64,000 bases of DNA, taken from Octopus sinensis (taxonomy: Eukaryota). The stretch's first letter is position 1. Each line of letters begins with the position of its first letter. Below are positions 13,955-24,866 of the stretch, piece after piece. A model generated the notes under the pieces. It made no database searches. It saw only the letters and a list, made by a program, of their open reading frames with translations, and was not told the origin of the DNA. The stretch is from contig NW_021832223.1 of NCBI RefSeq assembly GCF_006345805.1, positions 310,001 through 374,000 of the forward strand, written 5' to 3'. The position numbers and the translations under genes are program-made.

Positions 13955-14640
13955 CAGGGTTGTTAAAAATCATGATTTTTATTAAAAAAATCAAACAAAT
14001 CTGATTTTTTTGATTTAAACAGGATTTTTTGATTTTAATCAGATTTATTTAAAAACTTGTAAATAAAGGCAAGTTCGGCAGCCTTTTTAATTCCAAGCCT
14101 ATTTCGTACACTCTAATGTAAGAATCCAAAAGTAAAAAAAATCGTTCTATTCCACCTGCTAAACGGCCGCTCCAAGAATTTTTTAAGAGTGAATTTGTTT
14201 CAGAAGGTGATAAGAGTTAACTTCCTCCAGCTATAGGTGATACTTTACTCAATATGTTTGGAGCGAACGAGTATTGCTTAAATGATTCAGCTCTTGCTCT
14301 GAAATTAATCCGAGTCAGAAGAACCTATTCATAATGTTCAGCACAATACTCCGAAGAGAGGTCAATCTTGACAGTTGAAAGAAATTTCCCAAAGAGATTT
14401 CTGACTTGAATCTTTTATTAAGGTCTTAATTAGTCATCTTCGATTTAGAGAATCAGAGTTATAAGTAAGATTAGAAATGAGAAAAGTTGTATATATCCTG
14501 AGATTGGTATTTAAAGCAAGGATCTTCTTACGAGTGACATTTTCAAAGTATCATAGAAGCGAGTCTGCCTTCTTTTGACTTTTTGTGAGATCTTCCATTA
14601 ATTTTGGTTTGTTACCGTTTTTTGAATTAATTTTATTAAA
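13955..14640 (-). mobile_element. hAT transposon remnant (one end plus C-terminal dimerisation domain)
   Basis: Terminus CAGGGTTGTTAAAAATC at 13955. Remnants NFRARAESFKQYSF and FGFLH.SVRNRLGIKKAAELAFIYKFLNK. The other end was not found. Confidence 0.72.
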
Positions 14641-14699
14641 ATTAATCATAAATTTAATTATTTGTATAAAGTCTTTACAAAATAAATTATTATGTCAGA

Positions 14700-15515
14700 A
14701 TGGATTTATTATGTCCTAAATACTTTATCTTATTTTCAAGTTTATTGTTGCTAGTATTTTTCATTGATTAACGACCTAGACCAGTGGCTTTACTTGCCTG
14801 TATCTATCCATTTCCAGTTTTAAAAAATTCAAGCCAATATTTGAATATTTGATTTTAAATTCATTCCCATATTCGTTATTGCTCTCTGTTGCACTCACAC
14901 TCCTCTCCTTCATTTTTTTCCTGGCCGGTCTCACTGGACTGTGTGCCCTCAGAAAAAATAATTTGCTATCAAACTCGTTTGTTCTAATTTTCTATTTTAA
15001 GTACTTTGCACTCACATTGACCATCTTTGCCGTGGTTCTAGCTTTGCTTATTCTTTACACGTGCATTCATTTCCAGGTTGACCCTCCTTGTGTAGTCTAG
15101 CTCCACTCAACCCTGATTGGGTATCTAAAGGAATCAATGCCTGAATACGACAGGTCTCCCAACAATATTGACTTTATCCAAATACTGGTCGTATTTGATT
15201 AGTAGGATTACTAGTTCACGTGCTGTGGAGTCGAGGGACCGTTTGACTGGCTGATACTGCGCAAGGAAGTGCCTTACAGTTGTTGTAGTGATTATAAAAA
15301 CATTTCGTGCACTATTGACTCAAGTGTGTGGATGGTGGGGAGTATCTTTGGTCATTCAATAGGGATGTAATGAACAGATTAAGCACGTAGAACCACAATA
15401 TTTCTCCAACTTTGTTAGTGCTGGAATTATATTCGAGATTTTGGTCATGTTCGCATGTGTCACTGCTCATAAAATTCTTAGACGACCCAAAATTCGCGAT
15501 TATTATTGTTTTTAA
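14700..15515 (+). CDS. Tetraspanin
   Basis: Four hydrophobic segments. EC2 reads DFIQ..FTCCGVEGPFDW..PYSCC..GC. Introns are 24-28 nt; one junction (15188-15215) is 1 nt out of frame. Confidence 0.82.
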
Positions 15516-15854
15516 ATTTATTCCTAGTCATAAAATAACTTTATCTAACTGTACTTTTTTAATTTAAAAACTGCTACTCAAACAATCCGATGATCGGCAA
15601 AATTTTATTTAGCTAGAATGATAATGAAAGACGAATTATTTAAAACTTACAAACATTTTTGAGATATTGCTATTTGATTAAATAACCACTGCTTTGTTCA
15701 CAGTGTCAAGATTTTGAACGGCAATATAACTGCACAAATGTTAAATGTATTGTATATAAACTTATCTAAACGAGTTTTTAGGAATTGAATCCGAAAATTA
15801 ATTGATTCCTATTTACCTTTGATTGACACAAATATTTATTTAGTCTGTTGGAAT

Positions 15855-16081
15855 CGATAAATTTATTGGCGTTGTAAAAATGTTAAAAGATTAATCGATG
15901 GGAGGGCCGGCGGCCTGACGGATCAAACTGTTCCCCCGGATAAAGCCGATCGAGAACCGCTGGAAAAGCCAGTCCACTTCCCGAGAATCGTGAGTACGCA
16001 TGGAGATTTTGGCCACGAGCTTTTGGAGGAATTTTTTCGTCTTTGGACCAGGAGCACCCGACGTCTCCACCGCTATCGGCA
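15855..16081 (-). mobile_element. 5'-truncated CRE-like non-LTR element
   Basis: IAVETSGAPGPKTKKFLQKL..DSREVDWLFQRFSIGFIRGNS. 11-bp TSD TCTGTTGGAAT at 15844-54 and 16082-92. Confidence 0.8.
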
Positions 16082-16481
16082 TCTGTTGGAATTGCAATGT
16101 ATGCTTAATTGTCAATATTGATTTAATATATCACCTTTGCTTGAACTAAATTAAGTTTGCTGAATAAAAAAATATATCGAATATGCATGTCTAATAAAAA
16201 TTCCAACGGAAATTCGGTTTTATGACAGGCAAGTCTTTTAGTGTTATTTTGAGCAATGAAAAAAAATTCTCAGGTATCCTGTATCTTTTGAAGTTTTCAA
16301 AAGTTTTGTCACTTTTATGTTTTCTAAAAGATAGTTAAACAAAAAGTCTTCACTGTCGGTGATTTAATTTCTAATAAAATTTTTAAAATTCATAAATATG
16401 TCAAAATTATTGTTTCATTCAAAAAATATAAATTCATGAAAATTATGGAAATTTATGAATAATCTGTTAATCGTTAGAATA

Positions 16482-17292
16482 CAGTGCTGGTAGAAAAACC
16501 GGTTTGAAGTTACTAACTTTTTTGGCGGATAGCATTAATTTCTAAATGAAATAAGAGTTGAAGTTGATTATATTTTAATCTTTTTTCTTTAAAAAATTTC
16601 AATATCGCCGAAATTTTAAAAATTTAAATTTTGCAGTGAATAAAAACCGGTTTTAACAAAAAGAGTTAACAAAATCAACAGTTAATATGTTGTGTGGTAT
16701 CCTCGATAATAAATAGCTGTATGACCTTTAGGATGCTATCAATTAACTCTGAATACTTTCAGACGGCAAAGTAATTCCAATTGTCTTTCTACAGACACTC
16801 TTACCAGTTAAATGGTTATTTCATTCCCAAGTGTTAGAAGATTTTTGGATCGCACTCAACAAGATGCAATAAATTTTCAATGTCTGTTTTTTGAAGCTTT
16901 TTAGGACGCCCGAACCAGGAATCCATCAATAGTTCATATTTTTGAATTTTCGGAAGAAAATCTCCGATTGTCGATTTTGGAGATTAGATGATTGCAATAT
17001 CTTTTATCGTCCAATTAAACTCATAAAGAGCAAGAATCTTCCTGTATTATTTATTTAACATTTGCTTATAAAACTAAAATTCAACAACTAAAATATCACT
17101 CAATAATGAAAACCGGTTTTTTATTCACACGCTAAAATTTAAATCATCGAATTGTAAACGATTAATGAATTTTTTATAAATAAAAAAAATATAATCTAAT
17201 CAACTACAAAGAGTTCGATTCATTAAAAAAAATAAATGCTATCTGCCAAAAAAGTTAGTAACTGCAAAACCGGTTTTTTTCTACCAGCACTG
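16482..17292 (-). mobile_element. Tc1-like element, internally deleted
   Basis: About 45-bp TIRs CAGTGCTGGTAGAAAAA..CCGGTTT..AGTTACTAACTTTTTT with TA TSD. Frameshifted N-terminal HTH remnant (WTIKDIA, GRPKKL, VCRKTIG). Confidence 0.85.
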
Positions 17293-17533
17293 TATGGTTA
17301 CATCAAGCCAGGTCCTTTTATATATCTACATTATTCTATAGAAACAGACCCTCAGCAGGACCTTGGTTACGGTAAGCAAAACGAGCTCCAAGCTAGTTTA
17401 TTGATAAAAATTTACACAAGGCTTATTTCTGATTATACAACAAATTATTTCTTGATCCAACAACCGCTTAATCAAAGTAATTAATCTTTTGTTATTCGTG
17501 CATATAATTTGTTGCAATGTTATTTCCCGATTC

Positions 17534-18611
17534 GGATCACATTAAAAACGCCCCCAAATATACACATATTAAACAAACGCCCCCAAATTTACACATATTA
17601 AACAAACGCCCCCAAATTTACACATATTTAACAAACTCCCCTAAATTTACACATATTAAACAAACGCCCCTAAATTTACACATGTCAAACATTCGACGAA
17701 AACATTAAAATGATGTAAAACTAAAAATCAAATTTATAAATAAATACTATACTTTAGAACAAGTTTATTGAACAACATAATAATTTTCAAAGCTCCATTA
17801 ACTTTCAAAAGGATCACCAATACGTTGTCACGCCACATAAATTCGTTTAGGTAGTCTTGTAAAAATTCTTTTTTGACACCTTTCATTTTCTTACAACGCA
17901 ATTTGTTTTTATTCCAATAGGACTCCACATGTTGGTATGAACACCGGTGGTTGGTTCAATAAAGTTAATTGAGTGGTTCACAGTAGCGTGGTCATACCCA
18001 AAAACATTCAAATTGGAATAGGCCCTCCATTCATCAATAGGATAATTGATCCTGGCAGAATTACTTCACAGATAATTGGTTTTAAAGTGGCCGCTGATCG
18101 ATTTAGAACCACTCGCATAAAACCTCTTGCCGGTGAAAATGAGGTATCAACAATACCGAATACCCACACTTGAGAATTAGCAAGTCTACCCCGATGGTAC
18201 TTTTGTTTATGACAAAAGAGACTTTCATCGATTTGGCAGACTACATTTTCTTCACCCAATTTTACGGGATTACTTTCAAAGTGTCTGTTAATACATTTTC
18301 TAATGGTTTTAAAAATTTCTATAAGTGTTGGAGATGATACAGTCAGTGATTTTTTAATCATAACAATTGATTCTTCATTGCTCCACCTATACAAAATATC
18401 TAACCATGTTTTGAGACTTATACTCGAAGTAGCCAAAACAGAACCTGTTCGTATTGACAATGTGGTCTTGTATTTTGAACAGTTTTGATTCTGACATTTC
18501 CAAGTATATTGGTCAGATAAGGTACGCTTAACTTCACACATATTAAATAAACGCCCCTAACTTTACACATATTAAACAAACGCCCCTGGGGGCGTTTGTT
18601 TTATGTGATCC
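17534..18611 (-). mobile_element. Merlin (ISXO2-like DDE) transposon
   Basis: TIRs GGATCACAT..AAACGCCCCCA. Perfect 8-bp TSD CCCGATTC (17526-33, 18612-19). Transposase QIDESLF..KYHRGR..WVFG, then after a 1-nt frameshift DEWRAY..HATVNHS..GVHTQHVESYW..YLNEFMWR. Confidence 0.95.
17546..17690. repeat. 29-bp tandem array (5 units) inside the Merlin end; 2 further units at about 18530-18587
   Basis: Unit AAACGCCCC[CT]AAATTTACACATATTAAAC with period 29. Confidence 0.9.
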
Positions 18612-18660
18612 CCCGATTCCTCCGAATAATCATCAACCAAAACAATTTATTTAAAAATAA

Positions 18661-19648
18661 TTATTTCCAACGAACTCCTCTCATTCCCTGCAATTGCTTC
18701 TTCAACGCCTGAGGATCTGCCCAGTTTGAGTTCAAGTAGTCGTTCTCATCCGCTTCCTCCAATTTCTGAACTTAAAGATTTCACTACAAACCTTCAATTC
18801 CTGTTGCTTTCTGTAGTAGTAGGCCATCATCTCCTTCTGTTCCTTCTCTGACACAACTGGTTCCCTCCCCGGGGCTCCCTGACCTTTCTAGACAGTGTCC
18901 CCATGATCGGACCTTTTGTATTTTGGCAACAATCTTGGTTTTGTTGTTGCTTCCGATGTAATCCTTGAGCAACTTGCCCCGCTGGAGTTCTTTTGAGACC
19001 CACCACAGACTGGCCTGGTCTTGGTCAATGACCTCCGTGCTGGCCTGTGTGCCGGTCAAGTCCTCTCTATTCCCCAATTCCTGGGCCACCGGGTCGTGTG
19101 GGGGCAAGTCCATTGGGTAGACTATCATCACTGCCCCCCGAAGCAGTGCAAGTGCATCGTGGACTCTTTTCTCAGTCAGTGGGTCACTCGATTTCTACCT
19201 CAATGTAAAATTGTAGTACATTTGAAATGAGTTGCTTTGCTTCCTCGGCAGTTTTGACCAGAAGGGCGGCCATCTCACTGTTGGGGGCTAAAAGTAGAGA
19301 AATATTATCAACCATGGCCATTCCTTCGTCCGATGGGGTCCTTCTTGTAGGTACTGCCTCCTTGGGGGATACACTTGTCCTCCCATTCGTCAATTAGTTT
19401 TAATTCACTTATTTGATCATCGGTCAGTCCGATCATATTCGGAGGCAAGAAAATTCCATGTTCGGCCAGTTCTTTCATTTCTACGGGGATTTAATGTTGG
19501 TTGTATAACCAGCTGATATTCGCTGTATTTTCAGTCTTCCGTTGTAGATGGCAGCCAACTGGGGGATCAGCTCATCCAGACTGTCGTCAACTGAGCATTC
19601 GAATTTGAACTGTTCTTGGTCTCCTTTCTTAAGATTTATCACAACCAT
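18661..19648 (-). CDS. CFAP298: Cilia- and flagella-associated protein 298 (C21orf59)
   Basis: MVVINLKKGDQEQF..YNGRLKIQR, ELAEHGIFLPPNM.GLTDDQI, MIVYPMDLPPHDP, LWWVSKEL, NNKTKIVAKIQK. Introns 25-29 nt. Confidence 0.93.
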
Positions 19649-19862
19649 TCTATGTGGTTGATATGGACACAAATAATTAATATAACTGTCAAAATTGAAT
19701 TGTAATAAGACATTTCCCCAACACCAATACAAACAAATAGGAATACTTCAGAGGGGAGATCTTGAATAATTGACTAGTCAAGTATTGATTGGTGCTTGAA
19801 AACTTTCATGTTGGACGACTGGCAACTCGATCTCGAAAAAATTGACTTTTTTTAACACCAAG

Positions 19863-19894
19863 ACCACGGTAAAAACAGAACAAATTAATCACGT
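19863..19894. repeat. 32-bp motif shared with 51312-51343 (29/32 identical)
   Basis: ACCACGGTAAAAACAGAACAAATTAATCACGT vs ACCACGGTAAAAGCAGTACAAATTAAACACGT. Both lie in divergent intergenic regions. Confidence 0.8.
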
Positions 19895-20398
19895 GCTCTC
19901 AATGAGGGAGTGAACTTAATTTTAATGAATAGCTTTAAATTGGATAGTCTGTCTAATTTGTGGGCCACTTTCATCGGGTTACTGTAGGCAGACACCAATT
20001 CCTGATTATCCACACAATTAGCTCAATGGCAGTCATAAGAATAGTGTTAATCCAGGTTGTGTAATTGTTCAGTTGAGAAATCACTTAATTCCCATCAACA
20101 GGAAAAGAGATTGTTAAGGGCAACACGTCGGGGTGGAATCGATAGTCTGTCGGGGGTGATTAATCAAATTGTGTGAGCAACCACCAATCAAATTATCTGT
20201 TTTGTCTGAGAATTATGCAATAGTATATATACATGGAGTGCGTTTACTGTTTTAAATGCTTAATAGTTCAGCCGGAAGTGGTAGTTCCCCCCGCAGCAAT
20301 TCGTCTCTCCCAAAATCAAGAAAAGAAACAACCAAAACAAATTCCCAAACCAGGAAAGGTATTTATCGATAAATGCCATTCCAAATAATTAACCTTAG

Positions 20399-20412
20399 AG
20401 GTGACTAGGTCA
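20399..20412 (+). promoter_or_regulatory. Candidate DR2 nuclear-receptor response element
   Basis: AGGTGA-CT-AGGTCA about 170 bp upstream of the NR ORF. Confidence 0.3.
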
Positions 20413-20583
20413 ATAGTGAGCAAATGCGGTAGGAGTGCTGAGGCGGGTAAACGTGTCGTGACATGCCATGTGCACTTAAATAAGAGCATTAATTTATGTG
20501 TGCCAGACAGTGCACAATTGATTATCGATATTGGCGCTGGACTGACATTAACAAAAAATTAGAGATAAATAGCTGTTTTTTGT

Positions 20584-21961
20584 ATGCGCACACCAGTTGC
20601 CATGAATTTTGACAAGCCCATGCGCATTGATGGGTTCTGTGACCTTGGTGACCCCACTGGCCACGCGGGTCACACATTGCCTGTTTACTCTTTAGGCAAG
20701 ACATACACCCCGAGTTACCTTTCCAAAGGCTTTCACCCATGTGTGGTGTGTGGGGACGCCTCCACGGGATTTCACTACAAAAAAATGACTTGCGAGGGCT
20801 GCAAGGTATCCCTCTACATCAGTTTTCAGGGGTTCTTCCGACGGACAGTCCAAAAGCAGATCGAATATAAGTGCAAGTACAACAACTCTTGCAAAATCGA
20901 AAAGAACACTCGCAATCAGTGTCAGGACTGCCGATTCAAAAAATGCATCGACAGTGGCATGGACCGATGGCGTAGGTGTCCTTGCTTACTCTTAGTCGTA
21001 CTCTCCGACAACCAGCGACTGGCCAAGCGACAGTTGATTGAGAACAATCGGGTCACCAAGAAAAACGGACAGTCCCGGACTCAGAACGAGACAGGCATTC
21101 AAGAAAGCCAACAGGAAGAGAAATATATGGCCATGCTAAAGGAGTGCTACGATAAGGATCTTGCGCCTTTGATGGGAGTGCCGAGGAGTCTCACAATCAT
21201 CTGTAACCACGAATTCAAGTTGTACAACACCGACAAGACCTTCACGTTCTGTACAGAAAACGACGACGAAAAGTGGCTAGAAATTGTCAAGGCAATCAGC
21301 ATGGGGACAAATCACTTGTTCAAATTTATCACCAAAATGACTTTGATAAACAAGGTTAATGGGTTATGTAACGTCCATTCAGTTCTCCCCTGAAGATAGG
21401 GCAAATCTGCTCAAGAATTCCCTTACGGAAACCACTCTTTTGTGTGTATTCCAGAAATATGCATGTTTGGACAATCCGATCAACTTCCCTAACGGACTGA
21501 TTGTCTTTCCCGACGGAATGCAAAGAACTGAGAACGTTCAATTTCTGGAGAACCTGTTCAGCCTGGCCAAGTCCTTCAACAATATTAGACTGGATTCCTA
21601 CGAGTCTGCCCTCTCTTTGTGCATTTTAATGTTCCGTCGAGGTCCCTGCTTGTGTTCTATGATAGGGAATGTACAAGTGGAGGACACGTGCACTGCAGAC
21701 TTTGAACTACAGAGGTACATCCAACTGCTCAAAACGTACGAATCCTGCCTTCAAAGGGCAGGAAGATGTGAACAGATTTTAATTGTGTTAAGTCATCTAC
21801 ACGAACTGTCCGCCCAACTGCAGGATAAGATGCTCACACTAAACGTGGACCACATTCAGAGAATCCCCGAAGTGATCCTCGAGTGCATCCACGTCGTCGA
21901 AAACTCTGAGAGTTCAGACTCTTTGACCTCTGAAAACACTTCCGACGAAAACCTGAAATAA
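20584..21961 (+). CDS. THR: Thyroid hormone receptor-like nuclear receptor (NR1A)
   Basis: YTPSYL..CVVCGD..CEGCK|[17 protein letters not shown] and the TR-type hinge [19 protein letters not shown], followed by a divergent LBD. Introns 20806-829, 20972-995, 21355-382 and probably 21642-665. Confidence 0.87.
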
Positions 21962-22069
21962 CTCCCTTAATTAACTAATAACTTGTACATCATTGGAATA
22001 ATGAAAAGAATTAGCAAAACAGAATTAGTTGACTTAGGGCTGCCATACATTTGACCAGTTGGATATTAA

Positions 22070-23400
22070 TTAACAGTTTTTTGAGGTCTGCATCCCTGTC
22101 CCGAGCATGTCAGTCAGCGTCCTGGACTGAAAAGCCATGGACTGCAAAGTAATCAACACAGGACATTGCTCAACAGAGCACCGAACTCTACTTTCTTCCT
22201 GACACCCCGTTGAGTGGTGGTCAAATGGAAGACCACCATGATGGCCGATTCGAGGGCCTCCATGTGCCTTCCGAAGGGTACAGTCCGTGTCCTTCATCTC
22301 CACAATACACATCCTTCAACAACACAATACAAGTCCGAGTAAGGCTCAAAGACTTATACCACTTGCCAGTCAATAAAGAGAGAGCACAGACTCCTACCAA
22401 ATGAAATAATGGACAATTCTGAGCACACTGGACGAGTTCTCCTGCCCTTTGTGACCAATCACAACCAACTTCTGCACCCCTTCATTCGGACTGATGAGAA
22501 TGATTAAGTCACTAACGTGGTCGACCACATAATCCTCAAGTCTTTGGAGACACTTGCACATCTGACACAGGAAGTATATGCTCGTGGTTATGTCGGTAAC
22601 TTTGGTCTACAACTCTATTCCTTCAGGGTCACAATTTTGTCAGTCTTGACCTGCTGACCGTACTTCTTATATTTGTAGGAGTGGTTCAGCTTGTGAGCTC
22701 AGAGAGTGGTCCCGAAGGCATCGAACAGTGCGAAGGGGTACCTCTATGTCAGTCACCAATACCTACAATCATGAGTGTCGACAGGAGTACATCTGAGAGG
22801 AATGGGCATCCCTGACTATGACTCTGAAGTGTGTGGACTGCATCACACGTCAGGTTGTGGATATTCATAATGGTCTTTTCAGGCATGTGATGGTGGTCGG
22901 ACATATGTCTGTCATAGGCCACACTGTCTGTCCCTTGGTCAGGAATCGATGGAAAATGCACATGAATGGACTGCAGTCCCACCCTCACGGAATATCCTCC
23001 AATCGTTTCCTCAGCCGCCTCCACGTCAAGGTTGGCAGTTCCCATTCTTTAATCTTAGAGACTACCCCACCTCTAATGGGATCTCACAGGACTATTTTTC
23101 GCATATTATAAATTTATATTTTGAGAGCAAACCTGCAGTAATTGTTGTGAATTTACAATTTTTATTACTTTAGTGATGAATATTAACCTAAAGTTGGTCT
23201 TGTTCTTCAAGAGTGAGTTAATCAGGCAAGTCTGTGTTGTCGCACTTAAATATGGCTAAGGGGATACTCTGAGAGTGTCCGCCCCCGCGTGACCGTCTGC
23301 CTTAGTCCTGGCAATCCTGTACTGAATAGCTCTGACCTGATCTTTGTATACTAAGCAAGTAAAGCCAACTCTTTATAAACTCTAACATTTAGTGAGAACG
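22070..23400 (-). CDS. Unidentified probable multi-exon gene
   Basis: Coding-like GC content and open stretches separated by 19-24 nt GT-AG segments. No family recognised and the model is unresolved. Confidence 0.35.
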
Positions 23401-23472
23401 TATCAATTCCTATAAATACTAATCGAAATCAAATATTAACACCAATCCTTAGAAAAGCCATTAAATAGTAAA

Positions 23473-23956
23473 TTAACCACGGAATGCGATAACTTCAACC
23501 TCAACCCTCGCATTCTGCAATATGAGTGGACAATCAGACCTTCGGGAGTCTGCTTACTCCCACAGCCGACCGTGCGGGCACTGCCTCTGAGAAATCTAGG
23601 AATCAGGCAAATAAAGACATTGTGAGTAGACTGTGTTCACTTGTGCGTAATCCTCCTCCAAATTTGAGATAAAAATAGTGGTCTTCACCACTGGCGGAGT
23701 AATAGTCTAACATACCATTTTCTAGGCCCAGTTCTGCTGCTTTGAGTATATTGGTGATATTCCTCATGATCTGGTGGAGTTGTGAGGTCACATCATCGCC
23801 AACGAGGTTACCAGTAGTCAAGTCAAGTCCCAATTGCCCGGAGAGATACACATAGTCCCCTGCTTGTATTGCTTGGCTAGGCTATTTGTGTTAATTATGC
23901 CTGTAGGCTCCGATTGGAGGAGAGGCCTCATTTGACAATATCACCTTCTTTGGCAT
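23473..23956 (-). CDS. RIDA: RidA/YjgF/UK114 imine deaminase
   Basis: IGAYSQA, VYLSGQLG, VVKTTIF, PARSAVGV..LP, VEVEVIA after removing 24 (GC-AG), 25, 23 and 25 nt introns. Confidence 0.95.
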
Positions 23957-24214
23957 TTGAAAGTTAATTTATTATTTTTTAATAATCATTAAATATATTA
24001 TTATAAAGTCTTTTTTTAAAAGAAGTTATAAAAACAAAGTATATTTTTTAACTTTATATATTCTCATTTTAATAGCAATATTATCAATTTATTATCAAAT
24101 TATATTATTGATAATTTTGATTAAATTTAAAACGTATAGATAATAATCAGTTAACCAATTTTAATAATAAAATCTATATAAATGGATAACCATGCTGAGG
24201 TGAATAATGGTGTT

Positions 24215-24809
24215 ATGTTAAGATCATTATTTATAATATCTATTTTCATTTTATTTGATATATTTAACACACAAAATATTAATTCGCCCAATTATATGCA
24301 GGTTGACTCAAAAAGTCTCGTATTCCGAATATGGTATGATCCTGTCCTCACCTGTCTAGTCAATCCTGAGGGTACGCCCAGGCCTTCGAACACATTGCCC
24401 ACCAACTCCAACACCAAATCGACCCCTCCATAAAAATATCATACGAACTGGCCCTCCCACAATTCCCCTTAAATATTCTCTCCTCTCTTCTTAATGTCCT
24501 CAAATTTGTGGTTCCGTTGGTAATTGCCATCGAATTTAACATTTTCCAATACCTCCAACTGCCCACGCCTTCCCTGTGGTATTCCGCCACTCAAAACAAG
24601 GTTGGCTTGTCTGAGGACTGTAGATGGTGTCCGCCACCGTCTGTTTTATTGTGTTGAACTTGTTTTATTCTCTGGTGGTCTCCACTGGGGCCTTCGAGGT
24701 GTATTTGGACGGTGGGGTTGACTGGTTAGTCGTAGGGAGACTGATCTACTCCAAAATGGAGACGGGGTACATCCCCACGGTGGCAGTGTTGAAGGAGTTG
24801 ATAGGGTGA
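24215..24809 (+). CDS. SELENOT: Selenoprotein T with in-frame UGA (Sec)
   Basis: Signal-like N-terminus. After a 26-nt intron (24334-359) reads FRIC-Q-S-TGA(24367-69)-GYAQAF, a CxxU motif. Later STGAFEVYLDG..YSKMETGYIP. Confidence 0.92.
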
Positions 24810-24815
24810 GTATTC

Positions 24816-24866
24816 GTCCGCGGTGATGTGGTCTTCTTCAGTATTGGGGACTGCTGAGTGCTGGAC
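24816..24866 (+). promoter_or_regulatory. Candidate non-canonical SECIS element
   Basis: GUCCGC / gUGAU core / 9-bp stem GUGGUCUUC:GGGGACUGC / UGAG core / GC(U)GGAC. Apical loop UUCAGUAUU lacks AA. Confidence 0.55.

Noticed and set aside
17546-17690. Regular 29-bp array as a possible CRISPR
   Set aside because: Units are contiguous with no unique spacers, lie inside a Merlin transposon, and there are no cas genes; the context is eukaryotic.
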